The notes under the pieces are model-generated. The model saw only the letters and a program-made list of their open reading frames with translations, did not search any database and had not been told where the DNA came from. This document shows, in pieces, positions 9,430 through 19,338 of a DNA stretch of 64,000 nucleotides (position 1 is its first letter; each line of letters opens with the position of its first letter). Made by a program: the position numbers and the translations under genes. The DNA comes from an uncultured bacterium. Lineage in GTDB: Bacteria > Edwardsbacteria > AC1 > EtOH8. The stretch lies in contig CAWAAX010000027.1 in the NCBI GenBank assembly GCA_963780225.1, positions 64,001 to 128,000 of the forward strand, given 5' to 3'.

Positions 9430-12375
9430 TCAACGTCGAGGTGTGCCTTTTTTCTTGGTTGCTTTACCCGCCGACTTGCCCGCCGTAGCATGCGCAGAGG
9501 AGGAAGCCTTGGTGTAGGCGGGCTTCTTCACATCCTTCTTCGGTGCAGCCTTTTTCGCCGCGGACACCGAGCCGCTGGGCTGAGCCTGTCGAAGACCGTG
9601 TCGAGGTGTAGCCTTCCGCTTCCCATTTCCCGATTTTCCATTTTCTTTGGTTGGCTTCCCTGCCTTCAGCTCTTTGATGGCCGCCTGGGCCAGCGCCAGC
9701 CTGGCGATGGGCACCCGGAACGGCGAGCAGGAAACGTAGTTCATTCCGGCCCGGTGGCAGAATTCTACCGAGGACGGCTCCCCGCCGTGTTCCCCGCAGA
9801 TTCCGACCTTCAGGTGCGGCCTGGTTCCCCGGCCCCGCTTGATGCCCATCTCTATCAGCTCGCCCACGCCCTCCTGGTCCAGCAGCTGGAAGGGGTCGGC
9901 CGGCAGGATCTTCTTTTCCACGTAGTCCGGCACAAAGCCTCCGATGTCGTCGCGGGAGAAGCCGAAGGTCATCTGGGTCAGGTCGTTGGTGCCGAAGGAA
10001 AAGAACTCGGCGGTCTCGGCGATCTTTCCGGCTGTCAGCGCGGCCCGCGGGATCTCGATCATGGTGCCGTACATGTAATCTATCTTCTTGACGCCCTGCT
10101 GGGCGCAGACCTCGGCGTAGATCCGGTCCACTATGGCCTTCTGGTCAGCCAGCTCGTTCTTCATCCCCACCACCGGGACCATGATCTCCGGCATAATCTT
10201 CTTGCCGGCCTTCACTAATTCCGCGGTGGATTCAAAGATGGCCTTCACCTGCATCTCGGTAATCTCGGGGAAGGTCACGCCCAGGCGAACGCCGCGGTGG
10301 CCCATCATGGGGTTGGATTCGTGCAGGCCGTCGGCCCGCTTGTTCAATTCATCGGCGGAAATGCCCAGAGACTGGGCCAGCTTGTTGCGCTCGTCCTGGC
10401 GGGTGGGCACGAACTCGTGCAGCGGCGGATCCAGCAATCTGATGGTCACCGGCAGTCCGTCCATCACCTCCAAAGTGGCCTTGATGTCCTTCTTGACGAA
10501 GGGATACAGTTCGTTGAGGGCCGCCCGGCGCTCGGCCTGGTCCTTGGAAACGATCATCTTGCGCAGGCGGAACAGCGGCTCCTCGGAATTCTTGCCGTAG
10601 AACATGTGCTCGGTCCGGAACAGCCCGATGCCCTCGGCCCCAAAACCCCTGGCCTTGGCGGCGTCCTCCGGGGTGTCGGCATTGGTGCGGACCTTGAGCT
10701 GGCGGAAGGAGTCGGCGTATTTCATGAAGGTCAGGAAGCGGGGATTCTCGGTGGCGTCCATCATGGCCAGCTGGCCGGCGTAGATGTAGCCCCGGGTGCC
10801 GTTGAGGGTGATGAAGTCGCCTTCCCGGAAGATCTTGTCCCCGGCTTTCATGGTCTTGGTGTGGACATCGATGTTCAGGCTGCCGGCGCCCACGATGCAG
10901 CACTTGCCCCAGCCCCGGGCCACCAAAGCCGCGTGGCTGGTCATGCCGCCCCGGGCGGTCAGGATCCCGGCTGCGGCCCGCATCCCTTCCACATCCTCGG
11001 GGTTGGTCTCCTCGCGGACCAGGATCACCTTCTTGCCCTGCTTCAGCCACTCCACCGCGTCATTGGCGGTGAACACGATCTGCCCAAAGGCTCCGCCCGG
11101 GCCGGCCGGCAGGCCCTTGGCCAGGACAGCAGCCTTGCCCTCGGCCGCCGGGTCCACGATGGGGTGCAGCAGCTCGTCCAGCTGGGCCGGTGAGACCCGC
11201 ATCACCGCGTCCGATTTGGCGATCAGCTTCTCCTCCACCATGTCCATGGCCATGTTCAAAGCGGCGGTTCCGGTGCGCTTGCCCACCCGGCACTGCAGCA
11301 TCCACAGCCGTCCGTCCTGGATGGTGAATTCTATGTCCTGCATGTCTCGGTAATGCTTTTCCAGCCGGCTGCGGTAGCCGTCCAGTTCCTTATACAGGAC
11401 CGGCATGGCGGTCTCCAGCGACGGCAGTGACTTGTTCTGTTCGTTCTTGGTTGACTCGTTCAGCGGGCTGGGTGTCCGGATCCCGGCCACCACGTCCTCG
11501 CCCTGGGCGTTTACCAGCCATTCCCCGTAGAAATGGTTGTCGCCGTTGGCCGGATTGCGGGAGAAGGCCACCCCTGTGGCCGAACTGTCTCCCATGTTGC
11601 CGAAGACCATGGCCTGGACGTTGACCGCGGTTCCCCACTCGTCGGGGATGCCCTCGATCCGTCGGTAGGAGATGGCCCGGCGGCCGTTCCAGGAGGAGAA
11701 TACCGCACCGACCCCGCCCCACAGCTGGTCGGCGGCGTTATCGGGAAAGTCCTTTCCGATCACCTCTTTGACCTTGGCCTTGAACCGGTCGCACAGGTCC
11801 TTCAGGTCGGCTTCGGAGATGTCGGCGTCCGTCTTGTAGCCCTTCTGCTTCTTGACCGCGCCCAGCATGTCGTCCAGCTGCTTGCGGATGCCCTTGCCCT
11901 CCTCGGGTTCGATCCCGGCGGCCTTCTCCATCACCACGTCGGAGTACATCATGATCAGCCGGCGGTAGGCGTCGTAGACGAAGCGGGGGTTTTGGGTCTT
12001 CTTGATCATCCCGGGGATGGTCTTGGAGCACAGCCCCACGTTCAGCACGGTCTCCATCATCCCGGGCATGGAACTGCGGGCCCCGGAGCGGACCGACAGC
12101 AGCAGGGGATCGTTGGCGTCGCCGAACTTCATGCCCATCACCTTTTCCACTTTGGCCAGGGCGTTGTTGACCTGCTGGTTGAGCTCGGCGGGATATTTCT
12201 TGTTGTTCTTGTAAAAGACGGTGCACAATTCCGTGGTGATGGTGAAACCGGCCGGCACCGGGATGCCCAGATGGCACATCTCGGCCAGGTTGGCGCCCTT
12301 GCCGCCCAGCAGGTTCTTGTCCTTGGCCCCGCCTTCGGCGGCCTTGCCCCCGAAGAAATACACGAACTTAGGCAT
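9430..12375 (-). CDS. ppdK: Pyruvate, phosphate dikinase with a Lys-rich, repeat-derived C-terminal tail
   Basis: LLGGKGANLAEM, GGMTSHAA phospho-His motif, FSFGTNDLTQ, GICGEHGG. Confidence 0.97.
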   Translation of the reverse strand: MPKFVYFFGGKAAEGGAKDKNLLGGKGANLAEMCHLGIPVPAGFTITTELCTVFYKNNKKYPAELNQQVNNALAKVEKVMGMKFGDANDPLLLSVRSGARSSMPGMMETVLNVGLCSKTIPGMIKKTQNPRFVYDAYRRLIMMYSDVVMEKAAGIEPEEGKGIRKQLDDMLGAVKKQKGYKTDADISEADLKDLCDRFKAKVKEVIGKDFPDNAADQLWGGVGAVFSSWNGRRAISYRRIEGIPDEWGTAVNVQAMVFGNMGDSSATGVAFSRNPANGDNHFYGEWLVNAQGEDVVAGIRTPSPLNESTKNEQNKSLPSLETAMPVLYKELDGYRSRLEKHYRDMQDIEFTIQDGRLWMLQCRVGKRTGTAALNMAMDMVEEKLIAKSDAVMRVSPAQLDELLHPIVDPAAEGKAAVLAKGLPAGPGGAFGQIVFTANDAVEWLKQGKKVILVREETNPEDVEGMRAAAGILTARGGMTSHAALVARGWGKCCIVGAGSLNIDVHTKTMKAGDKIFREGDFITLNGTRGYIYAGQLAMMDATENPRFLTFMKYADSFRQLKVRTNADTPEDAAKARGFGAEGIGLFRTEHMFYGKNSEEPLFRLRKMIVSKDQAERRAALNELYPFVKKDIKATLEVMDGLPVTIRLLDPPLHEFVPTRQDERNKLAQSLGISADELNKRADGLHESNPMMGHRGVRLGVTFPEITEMQVKAIFESTAELVKAGKKIMPEIMVPVVGMKNELADQKAIVDRIYAEVCAQQGVKKIDYMYGTMIEIPRAALTAGKIAETAEFFSFGTNDLTQMTFGFSRDDIGGFVPDYVEKKILPADPFQLLDQEGVGELIEMGIKRGRGTRPHLKVGICGEHGGEPSSVEFCHRAGMNYVSCSPFRVPIARLALAQAAIKELKAGKPTKENGKSGNGKRKATPRHGLRQAQPSGSVSAAKKAAPKKDVKKPAYTKASSSAHATAGKSAGKATKKKGTPRR

Positions 12376-12543
12376 GGTATCTTTCTCCTTTGGATATATA
12401 TGAAGATTTTAGTGATCTCGGAAAACAAACTGTGATTGTAACACAGATGAAACTGATTTTCAAGATAAGAGTTGCCGGGAAAAGAGAGTTTACAAGGCAA
12501 AATATAAATAATCCCCGTTGTTTCAAGCCCCAAAATACAGCAA

Positions 12544-12566
12544 AAACCTCCGGAAAACCGGAGGTT
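12544..12566 (-). terminator. Hairpin downstream of the RelE fragment
   Basis: AACCTCCGG-AAAA-CCGGAGGTT, followed by a T run on the minus strand. Confidence 0.6.
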
Positions 12567-12577
12567 CGGGGGGTTCT

Positions 12578-12733
12578 TCAGCGATACGCATCCTTCCGGT
12601 GGTCAACAGTAAGCAGGTAAACGATCTTATACTTCTGATCTATGGAATAAAACAGCCGGTGATCTCCGATCCGGTACCGCCAGGTATCCGGCGAATAGAC
12701 CTTAAAAGTCAACCTCGCCGGATATTTGACCAT
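12578..12733 (-). pseudogene. Truncated RelE/ParE-family toxin (C-terminal half, 51 aa)
   Basis: Manual translation MVKYPARLTFKVYSPDTWRYRIGDHRLFYSIDQKYKIVYLLTVDHRKDAYR; not in the ORF track. Confidence 0.7.
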
Positions 12734-12761
12734 GTCTCCGGTCAATCAGATATTTGGGTCA

Positions 12762-13475
12762 CTACCCCCGCTTGGCCTGTCTGGGGCCCTGGGCGCTTCT
12801 GGGGGCCTCCGCCTTGGGGCTGCGGTCCAACAGCCCCAGCTTGTCCAGAAGGTCCTTTTTGTTCTGCAACGCCACCCTGGCTTTTTTTATGAACCTGTCC
12901 ATCCAGTCATTCAGGACCTTAAGCGCCAGTTGCTGTTCCTGGTCGGCGGCCCGGATCTCTTTTTCAGATGTCTCCCCATCCCGGATCATTTTCCCCAGCG
13001 CGTCTATCTTGGCCCGTTCCGTGGCCAGAAGAAGTCTGGGATATCCCAGGCCGGCCAGGATGTCCATGAATTCAGGGTCTTTTTGTGGGGCCTGAAACAG
13101 GACATCGGCCGCTTTCAGGAACAGGGCCGGTTCTCCGGGCATTTGGACAGTGGTCCCCAGCGCCTGCATCTGTTCCCGGTCTTCGGGCCAGATCTTCCTG
13201 ACCACATCAGCCAATGACTGGTAGGCTTCCCGGGCGTTTCTGTCGGTCTTCGCAGAGGCCGCCTCACGTTCCCGCCGGGCCGCGATCAGGGCGGTGTGAG
13301 CCTGGACTGCCATCCGGGCCGCCTGGTAAAGTTTTTGCCCCTCGTTGATCCTGGCCTCGGTATAGCCGGCCTCGGTCAGCCTCTTCAGGATGTCGGGGCT
13401 GGACAGCCCATTGGAGATGGCCGTATCGGCCGTGGCCAGCTGCACGGGAATCGGTATGCTGGGTTTGGCAAGCAC
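12762..13475 (-). CDS. Hypothetical helical protein
   Basis: 237-aa ORF following aspS; no recognised catalytic motif. Confidence 0.7.
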   Translation of the reverse strand: MLAKPSIPIPVQLATADTAISNGLSSPDILKRLTEAGYTEARINEGQKLYQAARMAVQAHTALIAARREREAASAKTDRNAREAYQSLADVVRKIWPEDREQMQALGTTVQMPGEPALFLKAADVLFQAPQKDPEFMDILAGLGYPRLLLATERAKIDALGKMIRDGETSEKEIRAADQEQQLALKVLNDWMDRFIKKARVALQNKKDLLDKLGLLDRSPKAEAPRSAQGPRQAKRG

Positions 13476-13513
13476 TATTGATCCTTATGTTGATTGTATG
13501 GCTCCCGCCAGGT

Positions 13514-15319
13514 TTACATGTCCAATTTAAGTTTTAGTTCCTTTAACTGCCGATCATCCACTTCCGAGGGGCTGCCCTCCATCAGGCCGCTGCCCGAGGT
13601 GGTCTTGGGGAAGGCGATCACATCGCGGATGCTGTCCCCGCCGGTGATCATGGTCAGTATCCGGTCCACTCCGGGGGCTATACCTCCATGGGGCGGTGCC
13701 CCGTAATCGAAAGCCTCCAGCAAAAAGCCGAACTTCTTCTGGGCCTCTTCGGGGGACAGCCCCACCACCTTCATCACCTTTTCCTGAATGTCACGGCGGT
13801 GAATTCGTATTGAACCCGAAGCCAGCTCGGAGCCGTTGGCCACCAGGTCATACAACTGGCCCAGCACCTTGCCGGGATCTGTTTCAAGATATTCCAGGTG
13901 CTCCTCCTTGGGCATGCTGAACATGTGGTGTTCGGCCTCCCAGCGTTTCTCCTCTTCATTGTAGTGGAACAGCGGAAAATCGGTGATCCAGGCAAAGGCA
14001 AACTTGCCCTTTGGGATCAGGTCCATCCGTTTTGCGCATTCAATGCGCAACGCACCTAGAGCGGCCGCGACCACAGAAGGTTTGTCGGCCACAAACAGCA
14101 TTATATCCCCTTCCCTGGCGGACAGGGCCTGCATCAGTTCCTTGCCCAATTCTCCGGCAAAGAATTTTGCAACAGGCCCTTCAAGTGAAGCCAGAGGTTG
14201 GTTCCCGAGCGGTGTCGAGGGAACCTTGGCCCAAGCCAGACCCTTGGCCCCATATATCTTCACGAACTCGGTCAGGCCGTCTATGTCCTTGCGGGACCAC
14301 TTGCCCCCGCCAGGCACGCAAATGCCCTTCACCTGGCCCTTGTTCTCGAGGGCCTGCTTGAAAACCGAGAAATCCGATTTCATGGCAACCTGGGCGGCAT
14401 CGCATAATTCCATGCCAAAACGCATGTCCGGTTTGTCCGAACCGAAACGCCGCAGGGCCTCGGCATGGGCCAACCGCGGAAACGGCGTCTGGATCTCAAT
14501 CCCGGCCACTTTGGAGAATACCTCCTTGAACATGCCCTCGGCCAGGGCAAAGACCTTGTCCTGGGTGGCAAAGCTCATCTCGATGTCTATCTGGGTGTGC
14601 TCCGGCTGGCGGTCGGCCCGTAAATCCTCGTCGCGCAGACAGCGGGCGATCTGGAAATACTTGTCGAAGCCCGATACCATCAGGATCTGCTTGTAGATCT
14701 GGGGCGACTGGGGCAGAGCGTAGAACTTGCCGGGATGCACCCGGCAGGGGACAAGATAATCCCGGGCGCCTTCGGGCGTGCTGCGGGTCAACAGCGGCGT
14801 CTCTATCTCCAGAAAGTCCTGGGCGCTAAGGTAATTGCGGACCGCCAGCACGAATTTGTGCCGCAGGATGATGTTCTTGGCCAGGGCCGGGCGCCGCAGG
14901 TCCAGGTAGCGGTGCTTCAGCCGCAGTTCCTCGGAGGCGGTAGTGTTGTCCTCTATCACGAACGGCGGCACGGCGGAAGAATTGAGCAGTTTGACCTCCG
15001 CCGCCAGCACCTCGACCTCCCCGGTGGGCATCTCGGCGTTGGCCTGGCCCTGGGGCCGGGCCCGCACCGTGCCCCTGACCGCGACCACGAATTCCGATTT
15101 TAATTCGCTGGCCGCTTCGGTCAGCTCCGCGTTCTGGGCCGGGTCGAAGACTATCTGGGTGATGCCATAGCGGTCCCGCAGGTTGATGAATATCAGCCCG
15201 CCGTGGTTGCGGCTGCGGTGCACCCAGCCGCAGAGGATTGTTTCTTTTCCGATCTGGGAGGAGCGGAGCTCCCCGCAGGTGTGACTGCGCTGCCAGGCGC
15301 CTAAGGTTTCTAGTTTCAT
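13514..15319 (-). CDS. aspS: Aspartate--tRNA ligase
   Basis: RSHTCGEL, RLKHRYLDLRR, STPEGARDY, LPQSPQ, GAPPHGG, IAFPKT. Confidence 0.98.
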   Translation of the reverse strand: MKLETLGAWQRSHTCGELRSSQIGKETILCGWVHRSRNHGGLIFINLRDRYGITQIVFDPAQNAELTEAASELKSEFVVAVRGTVRARPQGQANAEMPTGEVEVLAAEVKLLNSSAVPPFVIEDNTTASEELRLKHRYLDLRRPALAKNIILRHKFVLAVRNYLSAQDFLEIETPLLTRSTPEGARDYLVPCRVHPGKFYALPQSPQIYKQILMVSGFDKYFQIARCLRDEDLRADRQPEHTQIDIEMSFATQDKVFALAEGMFKEVFSKVAGIEIQTPFPRLAHAEALRRFGSDKPDMRFGMELCDAAQVAMKSDFSVFKQALENKGQVKGICVPGGGKWSRKDIDGLTEFVKIYGAKGLAWAKVPSTPLGNQPLASLEGPVAKFFAGELGKELMQALSAREGDIMLFVADKPSVVAAALGALRIECAKRMDLIPKGKFAFAWITDFPLFHYNEEEKRWEAEHHMFSMPKEEHLEYLETDPGKVLGQLYDLVANGSELASGSIRIHRRDIQEKVMKVVGLSPEEAQKKFGFLLEAFDYGAPPHGGIAPGVDRILTMITGGDSIRDVIAFPKTTSGSGLMEGSPSEVDDRQLKELKLKLDM

Positions 15320-15358
15320 GGTTGTCTTAAATATTGCTAAATTTCTAAATATTAATGA

Positions 15359-16327
15359 TTATTTTGCCACTCTAAAACCGATTTCATAACCTGCCGGATT
15401 TTTAGAAAATGTTTTATTCCCGCCATCTGGTGACAATGAGTTACGTGAATAGCAATTTAAAAAGTCTATTCCGTCTTTACTGTTCCAAGAACCTCCGCGT
15501 AAAATCCGTTTTGTTCCAATAGATATGCTATCTGTGATAGTTTCATAACCGTTCTGATTGAACCAATCCGAACACCATTCCATGGCGTTTCCAACCATAT
15601 CTCTGCAACCATAGGGGGATATGCCAGCAGGGAAACTGTCGATTTTGACAACATCATAAAGATTCTTTGCATCAGGCGCATATTTAGATATTGCCACATT
15701 GCATTTAGACTCATCAAAATCATTTCCCCAGGGATATTTTCTACCGTCAACTCCTCGAGCAGCTTTTTCCCATTCTGCATCAGCAACAAGGCGCAAGCCA
15801 GCCCAATCACAATAGGCTTTGGCCCCATACCAAGTTACATAAAGCACCGGGTGTTTTTCACAACCTCTTTCAACGGTGTATCTATCTCCATCCTTTTCAA
15901 TGCGACATTTTACAATTGAAAAAGCATAGTTGCCACCAATATTAAACTCAATAACTTTCTTCTCATTGAGCACAATAAGTATGTTTCCAGCATTGTCTGT
16001 TACGGAACCATGTTCATTTAGGAATTTCGCATATTGTTCGTTAGTGACTTCATACTTGCCGATTTTATATGAACTAAGGTTAACATTATGCAGAGTTGAT
16101 GCCCCGTTATTTTTGCGTTTTCCTTTATCACCATCAAGGCCCATAATAAATTCACCCGACGGAATCTCAATTAGCACCGAGCCGTCTTTTTCATTTGTGT
16201 ATTCTTTGAAACCTTGCTCATTTACCGTATATCTCTCTTGCATAGGATTGTCTTGGCCCAGTATTATGCTTGGAACAAGGCAAAAAGCAAACATACCGAT
16301 AATTACCGAAAACAGAACTTTTTTCAT
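15359..16327 (-). CDS. Formylglycine-generating enzyme (SUMF1) family protein with signal peptide
   Basis: YEVTNEQY, VTWYGAKAYCDW, AEWEKAARG..GRKYPWG, DMVGNAMEW, RGGSW, GFR; AT-rich. Confidence 0.88.
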   Translation of the reverse strand: MKKVLFSVIIGMFAFCLVPSIILGQDNPMQERYTVNEQGFKEYTNEKDGSVLIEIPSGEFIMGLDGDKGKRKNNGASTLHNVNLSSYKIGKYEVTNEQYAKFLNEHGSVTDNAGNILIVLNEKKVIEFNIGGNYAFSIVKCRIEKDGDRYTVERGCEKHPVLYVTWYGAKAYCDWAGLRLVADAEWEKAARGVDGRKYPWGNDFDESKCNVAISKYAPDAKNLYDVVKIDSFPAGISPYGCRDMVGNAMEWCSDWFNQNGYETITDSISIGTKRILRGGSWNSKDGIDFLNCYSRNSLSPDGGNKTFSKNPAGYEIGFRVAK

Positions 16328-16449
16328 TTTATGTTCTCCAACTAATTTTTAATGAAAATGTAAAATTTATTTTCGTGCCCTTTCGTGTTCCTTCGACGAA
16401 GCTTACCATGAGCATGACGAATGGCTCAGGACATGCTTTCGTAAGCAAG

Positions 16450-16788
16450 TTATTCCCCCTCGTCCCACATCTCATATGCCTTGCGCAGATGCGGTATGGT
16501 GATGGACCCTCCCACCACCAGCGAGATGTTCATGATCTCATCGAACTCCGCCTGGCTTACCCCCAGCTTCTTACACTGGATGACGTGATAGCTGATGCAG
16601 TCGTTGCAGCGCAGCACAGTGGAGGCGCACAGCCCCAGCATCTCCTTGGTCTTGCCCGGCAGAGCCCCGTCCTGGTAGGCGGCGGTGTCCAGGTTGAAGA
16701 ACCGCTTGATGCCGGTATGCTCCGCCGCCAGTATCCGGTCGTTCATCTTGGTGCGGTAGGCGTTGAATTCTTTGGTTTTTTCTGACAT
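16450..16788 (-). CDS. Carboxymuconolactone decarboxylase / AhpD-like protein
   Basis: DGAL..KTKEMLGL.AS.VLRCNDCI.YH. Confidence 0.88.
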   Translation of the reverse strand: MSEKTKEFNAYRTKMNDRILAAEHTGIKRFFNLDTAAYQDGALPGKTKEMLGLCASTVLRCNDCISYHVIQCKKLGVSQAEFDEIMNISLVVGGSITIPHLRKAYEMWDEGE

Positions 16789-16879
16789 GGTTGCTCCGGA
16801 TTTTTATGGTAGAGTATTACCCTTGTTTCTGACCGCCCCCTTTATCCCCCTCCGCATCGGAGGGGGTTGGGGGAGGTCT

Positions 16880-18142
16880 TCACTCGCACTGGCAGTACTT
16901 CGGCACATTGATCACCAGTTCATCAAAGGCCACCTCGGCCTGCTCGTGCTTGTCCATATCCTTCAGCGTCACTACGCCCTTCTTGATCTCGTCCTCACCT
17001 ATCAGGGCCACGTAGCGGGCGTTGAGCCGCCCGGCCTCGCGCATCTGGGCCTTTAAACTGCGGCCCAGCAATTCCTGCTCGCAGACCAATCCCTTTTGCC
17101 GCAGCTGTGAGCAAAGCAGGCTGCCCTTCTTCACCGCCTCATCGCCCAAAGTGGCGATGTAGACATCGGGCCGCTTCTCCGGCGGCAGGTTCACTCCCTG
17201 ATTTTTGAGCGCCAAAACATATCTCTCCAGACCTGAGCCAAAGCCCACTCCGGGAGCGGGGCTGCCCCCCAGTTCCTCCATCAGACCGTCGTAGCGCCCG
17301 CCGCCGCCCAGGGCATCCTGCGCCCCCAGGTGCTGTGAAACAACTTCGAAGGCCGTCCGGGTGTAGTAGTCCAGTCCGCGCACCAGGTTCTTGTCAAGGG
17401 TGAACGGGATCTCAATGTCTTTTAATCTGTCCTGCACCGTCTGAAAATGCGTCTTGCAGTCGCCGCACAAAAAGTCCTTCATCTCCGGGACATCCTTGAA
17501 CTTTCCCTGGTCTATCTTGCAGTCCAGTATCCTCAGGGGATTGCGGTCATAGCGGTCCTTGCAATTGTCGCAGAGTTCCGGCAGCATGGGTTTGAAATAG
17601 TCCATAAGTTTCTGGCGGTAGGGTGGCCGGCACTGGGCGCAGCCCAGGCTGTTGAGTCTTAGGCTTAAGCCTCCCAGACCCAGTTTCTGCAGGGTGAAGA
17701 ACAACAGCGAGATCGCCTCCACATCGGCCAGGGGGCTGTTGCTTCCCAGCACCTCGGCCCCGAACTGGGTGTGCTGGCGCATCCGGCCGGCCTGGGGCCG
17801 CTCATAGCGGAACATGGGAGCCAGATAAAAGACCTTGACGTACGGCTGTTCCTTGAGTGTGTTGTGTTCTATCAAGGCCCGCAGCACCGGCGGCGTACCC
17901 TCGGGCCGCAGGGTGATGGAGCGCTGGCCCTTGTCGGTGAAGGTGTACATCTCTTTCTGGACGATGTCGGTGGTGTCCCCGGTGCCCTTGACGAACAGCG
18001 CGGTGTCCTCAAAGACGGGGGTGCGGATCTCTTTGAACCCGTAGATCCGGGCCTGCTCCCGGATCACCGATTCTATGTGCTGCCAGAGATGGACCTGGTC
18101 CGGCATCACGTCATAAGTGCCCTTGCTGGCTTGAAATTTCAT
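16880..18142 (-). CDS. hisS: Histidine--tRNA ligase
   Basis: KEMYTF, LRPEGT, FRYERPQAGR, LVRGLDYY, GGGGRYD. Confidence 0.98.
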   Translation of the reverse strand: MKFQASKGTYDVMPDQVHLWQHIESVIREQARIYGFKEIRTPVFEDTALFVKGTGDTTDIVQKEMYTFTDKGQRSITLRPEGTPPVLRALIEHNTLKEQPYVKVFYLAPMFRYERPQAGRMRQHTQFGAEVLGSNSPLADVEAISLLFFTLQKLGLGGLSLRLNSLGCAQCRPPYRQKLMDYFKPMLPELCDNCKDRYDRNPLRILDCKIDQGKFKDVPEMKDFLCGDCKTHFQTVQDRLKDIEIPFTLDKNLVRGLDYYTRTAFEVVSQHLGAQDALGGGGRYDGLMEELGGSPAPGVGFGSGLERYVLALKNQGVNLPPEKRPDVYIATLGDEAVKKGSLLCSQLRQKGLVCEQELLGRSLKAQMREAGRLNARYVALIGEDEIKKGVVTLKDMDKHEQAEVAFDELVINVPKYCQCE

Positions 18143-18510
18143 TTTTCTTCATCCTTGTTCTTGTAGCATAGTTTGGAGATTCCAGTGCCCGCCGTAAAAC
18201 CTATGACGTTCATGGAGAAGTCCAACAATGATACGGTCCTTCCCGGGACCATCACTTCATGATATTCGTCAATGGCGGCCAGGCCCAGCCCCATTACCAG
18301 CATCACCGCCCACAACCCCTTATGCCGGTATCCCGTCATTGAAAAAGCCCGGGCCGCCAGCACCGCCAGCACCAGGTACACCACAATGTGGAATACCAGG
18401 TCGGCATGGGGGTACCCGGCCGGGGTCGTTAAATTGGGGATGGAGGTGGCCGTGATCATCAAAACCAGCCAGGCGGCTACCGGGCCCCAGATCAATAGTT
18501 TCTTCCGCAT
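18139..18510 (-). CDS. VanZ family membrane protein
   Basis: D..FH..VY, IDEYHE..VPGRT.S..DF..N. Confidence 0.8.
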   Translation of the reverse strand: MRKKLLIWGPVAAWLVLMITATSIPNLTTPAGYPHADLVFHIVVYLVLAVLAARAFSMTGYRHKGLWAVMLVMGLGLAAIDEYHEVMVPGRTVSLLDFSMNVIGFTAGTGISKLCYKNKDEEK

Positions 18511-18517
18511 TATTTTC

Positions 18518-18970
18518 TTATTCCACCTGACTGAATATTTTAAGCACTTCTTCGGCGCTGGCCGCCTTCACCAGCTGCTCCCGGATCTGGTCCCGGTTCA
18601 AAAGCCGGGAGACCAAAGCCAGGGCCTTGACGTGGTCGGCAATGAAATGCTGGGGGGTGGCCACAAAAAAGAAGATCTGCACCGGCTGGTCGTCCAGCGA
18701 TCCGAAGTCCACCGGCAGCCGGCTGATGCCGAAGGCTCCGGTCATCTTCTTAAGTTCTTTGGTGCGGCCGTGGGGAATGGCCACTCCCTTGCCGATCCCG
18801 GTGGACATCAGCCCTTCCCGCTCCATGGCCGAACGGAGCAGGTCCGGCTGGTTCTCTATCAGCCCGGCCCCGGCCATCAAAGCCACCAGTTCCGCAATGA
18901 TCTCCTCCTTGGTGGTCCCGTTAAGCGGAACCTTGATGCAGTTCAGCTCCAGTATTTCGTTGATCTTCAT
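18518..18970 (-). CDS. PTS IIA domain protein (fructose/nitrogen type)
   Basis: RE..MSTGIGKGVAIPHGR. Confidence 0.9.
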   Translation of the reverse strand: MKINEILELNCIKVPLNGTTKEEIIAELVALMAGAGLIENQPDLLRSAMEREGLMSTGIGKGVAIPHGRTKELKKMTGAFGISRLPVDFGSLDDQPVQIFFFVATPQHFIADHVKALALVSRLLNRDQIREQLVKAASAEEVLKIFSQVE

Positions 18971-19008
18971 CTCTATCGCCTTATATTGTTAATTTCATTT
19001 AATGCCTA

Positions 19009-19318
19009 TCCAATTAGCTCAGGATAGTGGTTGAATGCCCGGTACCAACCCCGGTATGTCGCGTTAAAACGATCAGTGAGCATCGCAGTTGACGCCGGAA
19101 AAAGCTTGTCTGCGCCTGTTTGAGGGCTGGGCCAAAGCCCGAGTTCAGACAAGCCCGCCGGCAACGAGAAGCGCAACGCCCGGAGAGTTTTAAGCGACGA
19201 GCTTTTTCTTTTGGTTCTTTTCTTGTTGGCGGTACAAAAAGAAAAGAACGTAATCAGGCTAAATCTACTAATTCACCAAACCGGCTATATTCTTTCTACT
19301 TTTCCTGAGCCGATTGGA
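19009..19318. mobile_element. MITE-like repeat, copy 1
   Basis: Terminal inverted repeats TCCAAnnnGCTCAGGA...TCCTGAGCnnnTTGGA; body highly similar to 24602-24909; no transposase. Confidence 0.7.
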
Positions 19319-19338
19319 GAATCATTTGTTAATTTCTT

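Noticed and set aside
9430..9432. Genetic code 25 (TGA=Gly)
   Set aside because: TGA terminates many clear genes here (pyrK, hisS, hypC, groES) and no other gene needs TGA readthrough
9421..12435. Long antisense and alternate-frame ORFs over ppdK (likewise over groEL, msbA and the kinases)
   Set aside because: Shadow ORFs expected from high-GC codon bias; no recognisable motifs
19120..19308. 62-aa ORF in the MITE-like repeat (twin at 24711-24899)
   Set aside because: TTG start, no RBS, no transposase motifs; conservation is explained by the DNA repeat
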